From assembly GCA_049664185.1 (NCBI GenBank), contig JBATEU010000477.1, positions 1 to 42,002 of the forward strand: DNA of 42,002 nucleotides, in the 5' to 3' direction. The DNA is from Candidatus Deferrimicrobium sp. GTDB lineage: Bacteria > Desulfobacterota > Deferrimicrobia > Deferrimicrobiales > Deferrimicrobiaceae. Below, in pieces: positions 21,385 to 33,541 of the stretch (position 1 is its first letter; every line of letters starts with the position of its first letter). The notes beneath the pieces were generated by a model, which was not told the origin of the DNA, did no database searches, and was given only the letters and a program-made list of their open reading frames with translations. A program made the position numbers and the translations under genes.

Positions 21385-22672
21385 GGGAGGGAGGGTGATC
21401 GACCCTGCGTCCGGCCGGGACGGAATCGGTCACCTCGTGCTGGAGAACGGGAAGGTTCGCGAGTTCCTGGAGGGCGAAGCTCCCGCCCGGTTCCAGGGGG
21501 AGGTGATACCCGCGGAGGGGAAGTGGGTCGTGCCCGGCCTGATCGACATGCACGTTCACCTGCGCGATCCGGGATACGAGTGGAAGGAGGACATCGCCTC
21601 CGGGACACGCGCCGCCGCCGCGGGCGGGTTCACCTCGGTCGTCTGCATGGCCAACACGAATCCGGTCAACGATTCACCGGAGATCACACGGCACATCATC
21701 GAGAAAGCGCGCCGGGAAGGGCGAGCGAACGTCTTCCCCGTGGCCGCGGTGACCCTCGGGCTCGAAGGGAAGGAGATGGCGGATTATTCCGAGCTGGCCG
21801 ACGCCGGAGCGGTGGCGTTTTCGGACGACGGGAAACCGGTGGAGAGCTCCCTCCTGTTTCGGCGCGCGATGGAGTACGTCCGCCCCTTCGGATATCGGAT
21901 CCTCTCCCACGCGGAGGATACCATACTGGCCGGCGGCGGTGCCGCGCACGAAGGGTGGACCGCCAGGAAGCTCGGGATCCCGGGGATTCCTTCCGCGGCG
22001 GAGGAAGTCGCCATCGCCCGGGACATCCTGATCGCCCGTCAGACGGGGGGGAAGCTGCACATCCAGCATATCAGCACCCGGATGGGGGTGGACCTCCTCC
22101 GGATGGCCCGTCGCGCCGGTCTCGACGTCACGGGCGAGACGGCCCCGCAATACTTCACCCTGACCGACGCGGCGCTCGAAGGGTACGACACGAACGCGCG
22201 GATGAATCCGCCGCTGCGCGGCGAGGACGACCGGATGGCGATCCTCCAGGGGATCCAGGACGGGACGATCGACGCGATCGCCTGCGACCACGCCCCGCAC
22301 GAGGCGTACGTCAAGAAGTGCGAATTCGCCGCCGCGGCCAACGGCATCATCGGCCTGCAGACCTCCCTTCCGCTCTCCCTTTCCCTGCTGGACGGGGGAA
22401 AGGTCGATCCGGCGCGTCTCGTTGAATTGCTCTCCGGCGGGCCCGCGCGGATCCTCGGTCTGCGAGGCAAGGGAACGCTCGCCGCCGGGGCGGACGCCGA
22501 CGTAACGATCATCGACATCGGGACGGAATGGGAATTCGGACCCGGAGACGTGCTGTCGAAGTCGAAGAACAGCCCCTTCCTCGGGTGGAAGATGCGCGGC
22601 CGCGCGGCCGCGACGATCTGCGGAGGGCGGGTCCGCCACGCGACCATCGCCGGAGTCGCGGCGGATGCCTGA
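21371..22672 (+). CDS. pyrC: Dihydroorotase
   Basis: [24 protein letters not shown]. Overlaps the pyrB end by 14 nt. Confidence 0.93.
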   Translation: MLLIRGGRVIDPASGRDGIGHLVLENGKVREFLEGEAPARFQGEVIPAEGKWVVPGLIDMHVHLRDPGYEWKEDIASGTRAAAAGGFTSVVCMANTNPVNDSPEITRHIIEKARREGRANVFPVAAVTLGLEGKEMADYSELADAGAVAFSDDGKPVESSLLFRRAMEYVRPFGYRILSHAEDTILAGGGAAHEGWTARKLGIPGIPSAAEEVAIARDILIARQTGGKLHIQHISTRMGVDLLRMARRAGLDVTGETAPQYFTLTDAALEGYDTNARMNPPLRGEDDRMAILQGIQDGTIDAIACDHAPHEAYVKKCEFAAAANGIIGLQTSLPLSLSLLDGGKVDPARLVELLSGGPARILGLRGKGTLAAGADADVTIIDIGTEWEFGPGDVLSKSKNSPFLGWKMRGRAAATICGGRVRHATIAGVAADA

Positions 22673-23813
22673 CCGGAAAGCCCTTCTCGTCCTCGCGGAC
22701 GGCACGGCCTTCGAGGGGATCGCCTTCGGCTACGAGGGGGAGTGCTCCGGCGAGGTCGTCTTCAACACCGGAATGACGGGGTACCAGGAAGTGCTCACGG
22801 ATCCTTCCTACAAGGGACAGATCGTCACGATGACGTATCCGGAGATCGGCAACACGGGGATCAACCCGGAGGACGTGGAATCGAACCGCCCCTGGATCGA
22901 GGGGTTCGTCGTCCGCGAGGCCTGGGGGCCGCCGTCGAACTGGCGGCACGTGGAATCCCTCGACGCCTACCTTCGGCGGTATCGCGTCTGCGGGATCGCC
23001 GGAATCGACACCCGCGCCCTCACTCGGCGTCTTCGGGACGGAGGATCCCAGATGGCGGTCCTGTCGGCGACCGATCTCGACACCGATCGCCTCGCGCGGA
23101 AAGCCCGGGAACTCCCTTCCCTCGCGGGGCGCGATCTGGTGAAGGAGGTCACCTCCGACCACGCGGTCCATTGGACCACGGGGGACTGGGACCTCGAGAA
23201 GGGGTACCTGCCGGCCGCCGGGTTCCGGAGCAAGTTCGGACGCATCCCGCGGATCGTCGCGTTCGACTTCGGGATCAAGCAGAACATTCTCCGGATGATG
23301 GTCTCCCACGGGTTCGACGTGACCGTCGTGCCGGCCGGCGTCTCCGTGGCGGAGGTGCTGGCGCTCTCTCCGGACGGTGTTTTTCTCTCGAACGGGCCGG
23401 GGGACCCCGAAGGGGTGCCGTACGCCGTCGAAACGGTACGCGCGCTCCTCGGGAAAGTCCCGATGTTCGGGATCTGCCTCGGGCACCAGATCATGGGGCT
23501 CGCGCTGGGGGGAAAGACGTTCAAGCTGAAGTTCGGCCACCACGGGTGCAACCAGCCGGTGAAGGACCTCGCGACCGGGAAGGTCGAGATCACCAGCCAG
23601 AACCATAACTACTCCGTCGACCCCGGCTCCCTCGGCGCCGACGCCCGGATCACCCACGTGAACCTCAACGACGGGACCGTGGAGGGACTCTCGGTCCCCT
23701 CGATGCGCTGCTTCTCCGTGCAATACCACCCGGAGGCGTCCCCCGGTCCGCACGACTCCCGCTACCTCTTCACCCGCTTCCACCGGTACCTCTGCGGCGA
23801 GGAGGAGTTGTGA
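22665..23813 (+). CDS. carA: Carbamoyl-phosphate synthase small (glutamine-hydrolysing) subunit
   Basis: [49 protein letters not shown]. Confidence 0.95.
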   Translation: MPDRKALLVLADGTAFEGIAFGYEGECSGEVVFNTGMTGYQEVLTDPSYKGQIVTMTYPEIGNTGINPEDVESNRPWIEGFVVREAWGPPSNWRHVESLDAYLRRYRVCGIAGIDTRALTRRLRDGGSQMAVLSATDLDTDRLARKARELPSLAGRDLVKEVTSDHAVHWTTGDWDLEKGYLPAAGFRSKFGRIPRIVAFDFGIKQNILRMMVSHGFDVTVVPAGVSVAEVLALSPDGVFLSNGPGDPEGVPYAVETVRALLGKVPMFGICLGHQIMGLALGGKTFKLKFGHHGCNQPVKDLATGKVEITSQNHNYSVDPGSLGADARITHVNLNDGTVEGLSVPSMRCFSVQYHPEASPGPHDSRYLFTRFHRYLCGEEEL

Positions 23814-24052
23814 GGACAAGCGGGGAGAGGGAATGCACCCGTTACGCGGAGCGCTCGACGAAGGGGGGTCCCCGGAGCGGAGGCCGCTCGTGCGGAACCG
23901 GCGTAGACCCCGTGCTGGTAGAGGAGAGGGATCTCCTGTTATCGATTGGTGAACGAAGAAGACTGGGAGACGAACGCAAGGCGAGTTTGCTGGTCGGAGC
24001 CGGGGAGCTGCGGGCGGATGCGACCGGGGACGCCCCCTTCGGAGAAGCGGAT

Positions 24053-24904
24053 ATGCAGCGGGTGCTCTCCACCTGCAAGCTGTGCCCCCGGGAGTGCGGC
24101 GTGAACCGGCTCGAAGGGGAGCGGGGGTTCTGCGGCGCGGGCCGGCTTGCGAGAGTGGCCGCCGTTTCCGTTCACCACGGCGAGGAGCCGCCGATCTCGG
24201 GGTCGCGCGGTTCGGGGACGATCTTTTTCAGCCACTGCAACATGAAGTGCCTCTTCTGCCAGAACTACCCGATCAGCCAGTACGGGAACGGGAGGGAGAT
24301 GGACACGGAAACACTGGCGGGGGAGATGCTCCGGATCCGGGAACGGGGGGTCCACAACGTCAACTTCGTCACCCCCACCCCGCACGTGCCGCAGATGCTG
24401 GAGGCGGTTCTTCTGGCCCGCGGAAAGGGGTTCGACCTCCCGGTCGTCTACAATACGAACGGGTACGACGCGCTCGAAACGCTCGCGCTCCTCGACGGCG
24501 TCGTCGACATCTACCTGCCGGACGCGAAATATCTTTCGGCGGAGCTTGCCGGCGCGGCTTCCGGAACCCCCGACTACGCGCTGCACAATGAAGGCGCCAT
24601 CGACGAGATGGTGCGCCAGGTCGGGTTCCTCTCCGCCGGGGACGACGGGATCGCCACCCGGGGGGTCCTCGTCCGTCATCTCGTCCTTCCGGGAAGGGTG
24701 GGGGAGACGGAGGCGGTGCTGGCGCGCCTGGCGGCCAGGCACGGCCCGGAGCTGCCCCTGTCCCTGATGGGGCAATATTTCCCGGCGTGGCGGGCGGGGG
24801 CCGCCGACGGATTCGACAGGAAGTTGACGCGAAAGGAGTACGACCGGGCGATCGGGGCGGTGGAGCGCCTGGGATTCCGGAACGCATTCATACAGGAGCG
24901 ATAG
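24053..24904 (+). CDS. Radical SAM protein, PflX-like (putative pyruvate formate-lyase activating enzyme family, COG1313-type)
   Basis: [21 protein letters not shown], then the radical SAM cluster motif [13 protein letters not shown] and ...[13 protein letters not shown]...YNTNGYD...IYLPDAKY. The ATG at 24053 has GGAG 8 nt upstream. The frame is open back to 23810, and a TTG at 23987 would add a GAGELRA segment, so the 5' end is uncertain. Confidence 0.8.
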   Translation: MQRVLSTCKLCPRECGVNRLEGERGFCGAGRLARVAAVSVHHGEEPPISGSRGSGTIFFSHCNMKCLFCQNYPISQYGNGREMDTETLAGEMLRIRERGVHNVNFVTPTPHVPQMLEAVLLARGKGFDLPVVYNTNGYDALETLALLDGVVDIYLPDAKYLSAELAGAASGTPDYALHNEGAIDEMVRQVGFLSAGDDGIATRGVLVRHLVLPGRVGETEAVLARLAARHGPELPLSLMGQYFPAWRAGAADGFDRKLTRKEYDRAIGAVERLGFRNAFIQER

Positions 24905-27900
24905 TGCCCAAGCGCAGCGACCTGAAAAAAATCATGCTCATCGGCTCCGGTCCGATCATCATCGGGCAGGCGTGCGAATTCGACTACTCGGGGACCCAGG
25001 CGTGCAAGGCCCTCCGCGAGGAGGGGTACGAGGTCGTCCTCGTCAACAGCAACCCTGCCACGATCATGACCGACACCGACTTCGCCGACCGGACCTACAT
25101 CGAGCCGATCACGCCGGAGATCGTCGGGAAGATCATCGAGCGGGAACGCCCCGACGCCCTGTTGCCAACCATCGGCGGGCAGACGGGGCTGAACATCGCC
25201 ATATCCCTGCACGAAATGGGGATTTTGCAGAAATTCGGCGTGGAGCTGATCGGGGCGAGCTTCGAAGCGATCCAGAAGGCGGAGGACCGGAACCTCTTCC
25301 GGAAGGCGATGGAGAAACTGGGGCTGACGGTCCCCCGGTCCGGGTATGTCCGCTCCCTCGAAGAGGCCCTCCGGGTCATCCCGGACATCGGATATCCGGC
25401 GATCATCCGCCCCTCCTTCACCCTCGGAGGAACGGGCGCGGGGATCGCCTACAACCGCGAGGAGTTCGAGGAGGGGATCCGCTGGGCGCTGGATGCTTCC
25501 CCGAAGCACACCGTTCTCGTCGAGCAGTCGGTCATCGGCTGGAAGGAGTTCGAGCTCGAGGTGATGCGCGATCTGGCCGACAACGTGGTCATCGTCTGCT
25601 CGATCGAAAACCTCGACCCGATGGGAGTGCACACCGGGGACTCGATCACCGTGGCCCCGGCGCAGACGCTGACCGACAAGGAGTACCAGATCATGCGCAA
25701 CGCCGCCCTGCGCATCATCCGGGAGATCGGGGTCGACACCGGCGGAAGCAACATACAGTTCGCCGTCCACCCGGAGACCGGCGAGATGGTGATCATCGAG
25801 ATGAACCCGCGCGTTTCCCGCTCCTCGGCGCTGGCGTCGAAGGCCACCGGGTTTCCCATCGCGAAGATCGCGGCCAAGCTCGCCGTCGGCTACACCCTCG
25901 ACGAGATCCGCAACGACATCACGCGGGAAACTCCGGCCTCCTTCGAACCGACCATCGACTACGTGGTGACGAAGATCCCCCGGTTCACGTTCGAGAAGTT
26001 CCCCCAGACCGAGGACGTGCTCGGCACCCAGATGAAATCGGTGGGGGAGGTGATGGCGATCGGACGAACCTTCAAGGAGTCCCTGCAGAAGGCGATCCGT
26101 TCGCTGGAAACCGGCGTGTACGGGTTCGAGGAGATGATCCCTCCGGCAACCCCCCCGAACCCGGCGGGCCGCCGGAAGACGATCACGGAAAAACTGCGCA
26201 AGCCGAACTCCCTTCGCCTTTTCTACATCGGGGAGGCGTTCCGCGACGTATGGACGGTCGAGGAGATCCGGGAGGCGACCGGGATCGATCCGTGGTTCCT
26301 CGAGAACATCCGGCAGATCATCGCGATGGAGGGCGAGATCCGCGCGAATGCGGAGGCGTTCCGGAAGGTGGCCGCAGCGTTTCCGGAAGAGTTCGGGCCC
26401 TTCCTTCACCGGATGAAGGGGAACGGCTTCTCCGATCGCCGGCTCTCGAAGCTCCTCGGGGTCGGCGAGGACGAATTCCGCCGTATCCGGTACGCCGCCG
26501 GGGTGCGGGCGGTCTACAAGCGGGTCGACACGTGCGGTGCGGAGTTCGAGGCGCACACCCCATATCTCTATTCGACGTACGAGTTCGAGAGCGAGGCGGA
26601 CCCGACCGACCGGAAGAAGGTGGTGATCCTGGGCGGGGGACCGAACCGGATCGGCCAGGGAATCGAGTTCGACTACTGCTGCGTCCATGGCGTCTTTGCC
26701 CTTCGCGAGGAAGGGTTCGAGACGATCATGGTGAACTGCAACCCCGAGACCGTCTCCACCGACTACGACTCCTCCGACCGCCTCTACTTCGAGCCCCTGA
26801 CGAAGGAGGACGTCCTCGCCATCATCGAGGTGGAGAAGCCGGTCGGCGTGATCGTCCAGTTCGGCGGGCAGACCCCGCTGAAACTCGCCGTCCCCCTCGA
26901 AAAGGAGGAGGTGCCGATCCTGGGGACCTCGCCGGAGAGCATCGACCGGGCGGAGGACCGCGAGCGGTTCGCGGAGATGCTGGACCTGCTGGGGCTTGCG
27001 CAGCCGCCCAACGGGATCGCGCGATCCACCCCCGAGGCGGTCGCGATCGCCGCCCGGATCGGGTACCCCGTGCTGCTCCGGCCGTCCTACGTCCTCGGCG
27101 GACGGGCGATGGAGATCGTCCACGACGAGGAAGGCCTTCGCAGGTACCTCACGGAAGCCGTCTCCGCCTCCGAGGCGAAACCCGTCCTCGTCGACCGGTT
27201 TCTCGAGGACGCCATCGAGATCGACGTGGACGCGATCTCCGACGGGGAGACGGTCGTCGTCGGCGGGATCATGGAACATATCGAGGAAGCGGGGGTCCAT
27301 TCCGGGGATTCGGCCTGCTCCCTTCCCCCGCACTCCATCTCCAGCGAGACGATCGCCGAAATCACCCGGCAGACGAAGGCGCTGGCGTCCGAGCTCTCCG
27401 TCATCGGCCTGATGAACGTCCAGTTCGCCATCCAGCGCGGCAAGATCTTCATCCTCGAGGTCAACCCGCGTGCCTCCCGCACCATCCCGTTCGTCAGCAA
27501 GGCGATCGGCGTACCGCTGGCCAAGCTCGCCGCGAAGGTGATGGCGGGCAGGAAGCTGGCGGACCTCGGCTTCACTTCGGAAATCGTGCCGGTGCACGTC
27601 TGCGTCAAGGAGGCGGTCTTTCCCTTCATCAAGTTCCCCGACGTCGACACGCTGCTCGGCCCCGAGATGAAGTCGACCGGCGAGGTGATGGGCATCGACA
27701 AGACGTTCGGCACCGCGTTCGCGAAGGCGCAGATCGCAGCCGGGATGATCCTGCCGCGTTCCGGGAAGGTGTTCCTGAGCGTTCGCGACGAGGACAAGGA
27801 GGGAGTGTACGCGGCGGCGGAAATGCTTACGCGGTGCGGCTTCTCCCTCGCCGCCACCAACGGCACGGCGGCGTTCCTGACGTCGCGCGGGCTCTCTTGC

Positions 27901-28176
27901 GAGACAGTCAGGAAGGTGAACGAGGGCCGTCCGCACGTGGCGGACCTCATAAAAAGCGGGGAAATCGCCCTCGTCATCAACACCCCTCTCGGGGCCCAGT
28001 CGAAGGCCGACTCCTACTACATCCGACGAGCATCCCTGGTGTACAACGTCCCGTACTTCACCACCCTTGCCGCCGCGCGCGCCGTCTCCCTCGCGATCTC
28101 GACCCTGATCGCGGACGACCTGTCCGTCCGGAGTCTCCAGGAGTATCACGGGACGACCAAGCCAACAGGTCGATGA
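24904..28176 (+). CDS. carB: Carbamoyl-phosphate synthase large subunit
   Basis: The GTG at 24904 overlaps the last base of the radical SAM stop (TAGTG). [23 protein letters not shown], duplicated ATP-grasp halves (second half [23 protein letters not shown]) and a C-terminal MGS-like domain. ORF 24787 is an N-terminal shadow extension. Confidence 0.96.
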   Translation: MPKRSDLKKIMLIGSGPIIIGQACEFDYSGTQACKALREEGYEVVLVNSNPATIMTDTDFADRTYIEPITPEIVGKIIERERPDALLPTIGGQTGLNIAISLHEMGILQKFGVELIGASFEAIQKAEDRNLFRKAMEKLGLTVPRSGYVRSLEEALRVIPDIGYPAIIRPSFTLGGTGAGIAYNREEFEEGIRWALDASPKHTVLVEQSVIGWKEFELEVMRDLADNVVIVCSIENLDPMGVHTGDSITVAPAQTLTDKEYQIMRNAALRIIREIGVDTGGSNIQFAVHPETGEMVIIEMNPRVSRSSALASKATGFPIAKIAAKLAVGYTLDEIRNDITRETPASFEPTIDYVVTKIPRFTFEKFPQTEDVLGTQMKSVGEVMAIGRTFKESLQKAIRSLETGVYGFEEMIPPATPPNPAGRRKTITEKLRKPNSLRLFYIGEAFRDVWTVEEIREATGIDPWFLENIRQIIAMEGEIRANAEAFRKVAAAFPEEFGPFLHRMKGNGFSDRRLSKLLGVGEDEFRRIRYAAGVRAVYKRVDTCGAEFEAHTPYLYSTYEFESEADPTDRKKVVILGGGPNRIGQGIEFDYCCVHGVFALREEGFETIMVNCNPETVSTDYDSSDRLYFEPLTKEDVLAIIEVEKPVGVIVQFGGQTPLKLAVPLEKEEVPILGTSPESIDRAEDRERFAEMLDLLGLAQPPNGIARSTPEAVAIAARIGYPVLLRPSYVLGGRAMEIVHDEEGLRRYLTEAVSASEAKPVLVDRFLEDAIEIDVDAISDGETVVVGGIMEHIEEAGVHSGDSACSLPPHSISSETIAEITRQTKALASELSVIGLMNVQFAIQRGKIFILEVNPRASRTIPFVSKAIGVPLAKLAAKVMAGRKLADLGFTSEIVPVHVCVKEAVFPFIKFPDVDTLLGPEMKSTGEVMGIDKTFGTAFAKAQIAAGMILPRSGKVFLSVRDEDKEGVYAAAEMLTRCGFSLAATNGTAAFLTSRGLSCETVRKVNEGRPHVADLIKSGEIALVINTPLGAQSKADSYYIRRASLVYNVPYFTTLAAARAVSLAISTLIADDLSVRSLQEYHGTTKPTGR

Positions 28177-30287
28177 CTCCGAAATCCCCCCCAAGGGGCG
28201 CGGTGACCGCACCGTACCCCATCCAGTTCGTCAAGGGGGTGGGGCCCCGCCTGGGGGAAAAGCTTGCCGCCCGGGGGATCCGTACGCCGCACGACGCCCT
28301 CTACTTCTTCCCGAAGGATTACGAAGACCGTCGCAAGGTCGTTCCCATCTGGGAGCTCAAGGCGGGGATGACCGTACCCGTCCGCGGGAAGATCCTTTCC
28401 GTGCAAGGCGGAGGAAAAAGCTTCCGCCCGACCCGGGTCCTCGAAGTGGTGATCGCCGATGGCACCGGGCGCCTCTCCGCGAAATGGTTCCGCTTCCATC
28501 CTTCCCTCGCCGAACGGTTCCGCGTCGGGGAGTCGGTGACGCTCTGCGGTTCCGCGCGGTGGTTTCGCTTCTTTCCCGAAATGCACCATCCGGAGATCCT
28601 CGCCGAGGAAGACGCGGCCGACCCGGTCCATTCCGGCCGGATCGTCCCGGTCTACCCGGAGGTGGAAGGGGTTCCTCCCCGGGTCCTCCGGAAGATCCAG
28701 TGGGAGGTGGTCCGGCGGCACGCTTCGCTGGAGATCGAATGTTTCCCCGCGGATATTCTCGCGCGAGCCGGGATCCCGCCCCTCCAGGAATCGCTCGCCT
28801 CCATCCACTTTCCTCGCGACGACGCGGACGTGGTGCGGTTCCGGGAATTCTCCTCCCCCCAGCAGCGGCGCCTGATCTTCGGCGAACTCTTCGCCCTTCA
28901 ATGGGCGCTGTCCCTTCGGCGGGCGGGGACGGAGCGGGAGGAGGCGATTCCGCTCCCTTGGGACCGGGAGATCGTCGACGAGATCAAGCGCCGGCTTCCG
29001 TTCGACCTGACCGGCGCCCAGCGGCGCGTGGTCAACGAGATCCTGAAAGACCTCGGGAAGCCGCACCCGATGCACCGGCTCCTGCAGGGGGACGTGGGCA
29101 GCGGCAAGACGATCGTTGCCTGGATCGCCGCGATGGTCGCGTGGAGGCACGGGGTGCAGGCCGCGGTGATGGCCCCCACGGAGATCCTGGCGGAGCAGCA
29201 TTACCGGCGGTTCCTGGAACAGTCGGCGGGATTGCCGGTCCGGGTCGCGCTCCTCTCCGCCGCTCTGCCTCCGAAGGAGCGGGAAGCGGTGCGAAAGCGG
29301 ATCCGGGACGGGGAGGCGGATATCATCGTGGGTACGCATGCCCTCATCCAGGAGAGCGTCGCGTTCAGCAACCTGGCGCTGGGCGTCATCGACGAGCAGC
29401 ACCGGTTCGGTGTTCTCCAGCGCGCCTCCCTCCGCAGGAAGGGAAGGATCTCCCCGCACCTCCTCGTCATGACCGCCACGCCGATTCCGCGGACGCTCGC
29501 GATCGCGCTGTACGGGGACCTCGACGTCTCGGTGCTCGACGAGATGCCACGCGGAAGGCTTCCGGTCCGCACGAAGGTCGTGACGGAGGGCGGTCGGAGG
29601 AAGGTATTCGAGGAGATCCGCAGGGAGATCGCGCGGGGGGGGAGGGCGTACGTCGTCCTCCCGCTGGTGGAGGAGTCCGAGAAGATCGCCCTGCGGGACG
29701 CCACGCGCACCGCCGACCGTCTCCGGGAAGCGTTCCCCGGGGTCGGGGTGGGGCTGCTGCACGGCCGGATGAAGGCGGCGGAGAAGGAAGAGACGATGGG
29801 GCGGTTCAAGGGTGGCGACCTCCAGCTGCTCGTCTCGACCACGGTCGTCGAGGTGGGGGTGGACGTTCCGGAGGCCACGGTGATGGTCGTCGAGCATGCG
29901 GAGCGGTTCGGCCTCTCGCAGCTTCACCAACTGCGCGGAAGGGTCGGGCGCGGGACCCTCCCGTCGGCCTGCTTCCTGATGACGGGAGGAGAGCAGGGAG
30001 AGGAAGCGGCGGCGCGCCTGTCCGTCATGGAGAAGACCGCCGACGGGTTCCGGATCGCGGAGGAAGACCTCCGGATCCGCGGGCCGGGCGACTTCGCCGG
30101 CGTGCGCCAGTCGGGAATCCCCGACCTCGTCTTCGCAGACCTCGTCCGGGATGCCTCGATCCTCCATCTGGCGAAGGAGATCGCCGGGAAGCTTCAGCGG
30201 GAAGATCCTTCCCTCTCGTCACCCGACCATGTCGGGATCCGCCGGTTCCTGGAGATGAGAACCGCGGGGAGATCCGCGCCGGATTAA
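28173..30287 (+). CDS. recG: ATP-dependent DNA helicase RecG
   Basis: The ATG at 28173 overlaps the carB stop (ATGA). Wedge-domain N-terminus ([15 protein letters not shown]), [12 protein letters not shown], Walker [16 protein letters not shown], helicase C ([32 protein letters not shown]). The listed 1771-aa ORF 24972..30287 is mostly a shadow frame of carB. Confidence 0.95.
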   Translation: MTPKSPPRGAVTAPYPIQFVKGVGPRLGEKLAARGIRTPHDALYFFPKDYEDRRKVVPIWELKAGMTVPVRGKILSVQGGGKSFRPTRVLEVVIADGTGRLSAKWFRFHPSLAERFRVGESVTLCGSARWFRFFPEMHHPEILAEEDAADPVHSGRIVPVYPEVEGVPPRVLRKIQWEVVRRHASLEIECFPADILARAGIPPLQESLASIHFPRDDADVVRFREFSSPQQRRLIFGELFALQWALSLRRAGTEREEAIPLPWDREIVDEIKRRLPFDLTGAQRRVVNEILKDLGKPHPMHRLLQGDVGSGKTIVAWIAAMVAWRHGVQAAVMAPTEILAEQHYRRFLEQSAGLPVRVALLSAALPPKEREAVRKRIRDGEADIIVGTHALIQESVAFSNLALGVIDEQHRFGVLQRASLRRKGRISPHLLVMTATPIPRTLAIALYGDLDVSVLDEMPRGRLPVRTKVVTEGGRRKVFEEIRREIARGGRAYVVLPLVEESEKIALRDATRTADRLREAFPGVGVGLLHGRMKAAEKEETMGRFKGGDLQLLVSTTVVEVGVDVPEATVMVVEHAERFGLSQLHQLRGRVGRGTLPSACFLMTGGEQGEEAAARLSVMEKTADGFRIAEEDLRIRGPGDFAGVRQSGIPDLVFADLVRDASILHLAKEIAGKLQREDPSLSSPDHVGIRRFLEMRTAGRSAPD

Positions 30288-30498
30288 GGGTGGGTTGTGG
30301 GCAGGGGACACACCTTCACGGAGCGGGGTGTATACGCAGGTATGTCCCCTGAAAGCGCCTGCTCCGTAAAGTGACTCCACACTGCCGTACCTCCCGAATA
30401 AGAAACCCCCTCCGTGGCCTGTGTCGCGCCGTGATGGGTTCGGAATCTCCCGCGGCGGCGGCGGCATCAAAACGGAAAACGCATGGAGGAGGGACCCC

Positions 30499-30843
30499 GT
30501 GAAAGCCATCCTTGCAGCAGCCCTGATTCTTGCGCTGGGGATCACGGGCATCTCCCTTTGGAGTGTGGTGCACGCGCAGCGCATGGCCTTTTCCTCGAGT
30601 CAGATCTTCATCGACGGCACACCGGTGTGCGTGATGCAGCACGGCAGGGATATCATCGCGTCGGTGGGAACGTGCGATACACCCGGACGCGAAGAGACGG
30701 AAGACCGTATCAGAAACGGAGATGTCTTCCACGGAAGGAGGCCCGGTCCCCTCGTTCCGGGATTCGGCCTTCCACCGGGCCACCCTCCGATCGATTCCCC
30801 CCCGGACATGGACATGGCGGAGGGACGCAGGATCCTCATCTGA
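30499..30843 (+). CDS. Small hypothetical secreted protein (signal peptide, Pro-rich C-terminus)
   Basis: The GTG at 30499 follows GGAGGAGGG at 30485-30493. Signal peptide [25 protein letters not shown]|Q, two Cys, and C-terminal [16 protein letters not shown]. Third-position GC is consistent with coding. No family recognised. The competing minus-strand ORF 30316..30849 looks like a shadow ORF. Confidence 0.5.
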   Translation: MKAILAAALILALGITGISLWSVVHAQRMAFSSSQIFIDGTPVCVMQHGRDIIASVGTCDTPGREETEDRIRNGDVFHGRRPGPLVPGFGLPPGHPPIDSPPDMDMAEGRRILI

Positions 30844-30890
30844 GTGCATCTTTTATCCGGCAACCCGGCCTGTTCTACAGGGGGAGTGCG

Positions 30891-31877
<987 letters not shown>

Positions 31878-31897
31878 TTGCCCGCCCCGGAGCTTGC

Positions 31898-32203
31898 CTA
31901 ATGGCCCCCGGAGCCGGTTTTCCGTAACTTATCAAGGGTTTGGTCGACGGACTGACCGAGATCCTTCAGCCCCTCGTCCACGGAGTTCTTCAGTCGTCCC
32001 CAGTTCGTCGCCCCGGCCGCCTCGACGGCGCGGACCCTCTTCCTTACCGCTTCCGCCTTCGACCGAAGTTCCGGAAACTCCCGGTCGATCCGGTCCTTGA
32101 TTTCGCCCACCGGCGTGGCGATTCGATCCCGAAGCCGGTCGATGTCCTCTTCGAGCCGAGCGAGCCGATCCTCCACCTTCCGAATGTACGTTTTCCGTAT
32201 CAT
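31898..32203 (-). CDS. Small coiled-coil hypothetical protein
   Basis: 101 aa with heptad-rich charged sequence (VEDRLARLEEDIDRLRDRI...). Strong third-position GC on the minus strand. AGGGGAA RBS and a perfect TATAAT upstream. The only minus-strand gene in the window. No family recognised. Confidence 0.6.
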   Translation of the reverse strand: MIRKTYIRKVEDRLARLEEDIDRLRDRIATPVGEIKDRIDREFPELRSKAEAVRKRVRAVEAAGATNWGRLKNSVDEGLKDLGQSVDQTLDKLRKTGSGGH

Positions 32204-32242
32204 GACTTTTCCCCTTTCCCGGGTTCTTCCCCCTTTATTTCA

Positions 32243-32271
32243 ATTATAAAGCCGACGCGCGGAGGGCAAAC
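32243..32271 (-). promoter_or_regulatory. Predicted promoter for the minus-strand coiled-coil gene
   Basis: On the minus strand there is a perfect TATAAT (plus-strand coordinates 32243-32248). The -35 is weak (GTTTGC, 32266-32271) at 17-nt spacing. Motif match only. Confidence 0.35.
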
Positions 32272-32285
32272 GCGCGGGGTGCAAA

Positions 32286-32314
32286 TTGACTTGGATGGCG
32301 CGATTCATTAGCAT
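32286..32314 (+). promoter_or_regulatory. Predicted sigma70-type promoter of the aminotransferase-hom-thrC cluster
   Basis: TTGACT (32286-32291), a 17-nt spacer, then TAGCAT (32309-32314), about 30 nt upstream of the ATG at 32345. Confidence 0.5.
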
Positions 32315-32344
32315 GCTTGTTTACACTTGACAGGAGAGGTTCCA

Positions 32345-33541
32345 ATGGAAGAGTTCCCGAGAATACAGCGTTTGCCTCCGTACGTTTTCGCGGTCGTGGT
32401 CGACCTGAAGTCGAGGTTGCGCCACGCCGGTGAAGACATCATCGACCTGGGAATGGGAAACCCCGATCTCCCCACGCCGAAGCACATCGTCGACAAGCTT
32501 GTCGAGGCGGTGCGGAATCCGCGGAACCACCGCTATTCGCTTTCCCGCGGGATCCCGAAGCTGCGGCTGGCCATCTGCAACTGGTACAAGCGGAAATACA
32601 ACGTGGAGCTCGATCCGGAAACGGAGGCGATCGCCACGATCGGGGCGAAGGAGGGGTTGTCCCACCTCGTGCTGGCCACGATGGGCCCGGGGGACATCGC
32701 GCTGGCTCCCAGCCCCACATATCCGATCCACACCTATTCGGTGATCATCGCGGGGGCGGACGTCCGATCGATCTCCCTCACGAGCGGCGAGGGGGATTTC
32801 GTCGATCGCGCCGAGCGGGCGATCAAGGGGGTGTGGCCGCGTCCGAAGATGATGATCCTCTCCTTTCCTCACAACCCGACGACCCAGGTGGTGGACCTCG
32901 ATTTCTTCAAGCGCGTCGTCGCGTTCGCCAAAGAGAACAAGATGCTGGTCATCCACGATCTCGCCTACGCGGACCTCGTCTTCGACGGGTACAAGGCCCC
33001 CTCGATCCTCCAGGTCCCCGGGGCCAAGGACGTGGCCGTGGAGACGTACTCCATGTCGAAGGGATATTCCATGCCCGGATGGCGCGTCGGCTTCGTCGTC
33101 GGAAACCGGCGGCTGGTCGGAGCGCTGACCCGGATCAAGAGCTACCTCGACTACGGGATGTTCCAGGCGATCCAGGTCGCCGCCACGGTGGCGCTCAACG
33201 GGCCGCAGCGCGTCGTGGACGAGGCCGTCGAGATCTATCGGAAGCGCAGGGATTGCCTCGTCGAGGGGTTCGCCCGCATCGGGTGGGAGTTCGAGAAGCC
33301 GAAGGGGACGATGTTCGTGTGGGCGCCCATTCCCGAGCCGTTCCGGGCGATGGGCTCCGTCGAGTTTTCGAAGCTTCTCCTGACGAAGGCCAAGGTCGCG
33401 GTCTCTCCGGGGATCGGCTTCGGGGAGCACGGGGAAGGGTTCGTCCGGTTCGCGCTGGTGGAGAACGAGCACCGTATACGGCAGGCGATCCGCGGCGTGA
33501 AGGGGATGCTCCAGTCGCCGCCGAAGGTCAAGGCGAAATGA
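32345..33541 (+). CDS. Class I/II pyridoxal-phosphate aminotransferase (alanine/aspartate transaminase-like)
   Basis: [37 protein letters not shown]-lysine motif [16 protein letters not shown]. The ATG at 32345 follows CAGGAGAGG. Confidence 0.88.
   Translation: MEEFPRIQRLPPYVFAVVVDLKSRLRHAGEDIIDLGMGNPDLPTPKHIVDKLVEAVRNPRNHRYSLSRGIPKLRLAICNWYKRKYNVELDPETEAIATIGAKEGLSHLVLATMGPGDIALAPSPTYPIHTYSVIIAGADVRSISLTSGEGDFVDRAERAIKGVWPRPKMMILSFPHNPTTQVVDLDFFKRVVAFAKENKMLVIHDLAYADLVFDGYKAPSILQVPGAKDVAVETYSMSKGYSMPGWRVGFVVGNRRLVGALTRIKSYLDYGMFQAIQVAATVALNGPQRVVDEAVEIYRKRRDCLVEGFARIGWEFEKPKGTMFVWAPIPEPFRAMGSVEFSKLLLTKAKVAVSPGIGFGEHGEGFVRFALVENEHRIRQAIRGVKGMLQSPPKVKAK

Noticed and set aside
23810-24052. Reading the radical SAM gene from the GTG at 23810 (364 aa), overlapping the carA stop.
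   Set aside because: The first ~60 codons include a patch with AT-rich third positions and no similarity to the family. A later start (ATG 24053 or TTG 23987) fits better. The uncertainty is kept in the feature note.
24676-28212. 1178-aa minus-strand ORF antisense to carB.
   Set aside because: It lies entirely opposite a gene with unmistakable CarB homology. Its translation is Arg/Pro/Gly/Asp-rich low-complexity sequence with no recognisable motif. Long stop-free antisense frames are expected at this GC content.
24972-30287. 1771-aa plus-strand ORF, the longest in the track.
   Set aside because: Its first ~1070 codons are an alternative frame of carB with Arg/Gly/Pro-rich nonsense. Only the part from the ATG at 28173 onward is RecG. 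It is a shadow extension, not a giant protein.
30301-30350. Hairpin after recG, considered as an intrinsic terminator.
   Set aside because: It is a 9-bp stem with a 32-nt interior and no U-run on either strand. I report it only as unexplained structure, not as a terminator.
30453-30465. (GGC)4 trinucleotide run.
   Set aside because: It is short and expected by chance at this base composition. It lies in a probable 5' UTR with no evident function.
30316-30849. 177-aa minus-strand ORF competing with the small secreted-protein ORF.
   Set aside because: No RBS or start context, His/Arg-rich nonsense-like sequence. The plus-strand frame has an RBS, a signal peptide and better third-position GC.
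31878-31897. Direct repeat CCCCGGAGC ... CCCCGGAGCC between the convergent AKR and coiled-coil genes, considered as a bidirectional terminator.
   Set aside because: The two copies are direct repeats, not inverted. No stem-loop or U-tract can form.
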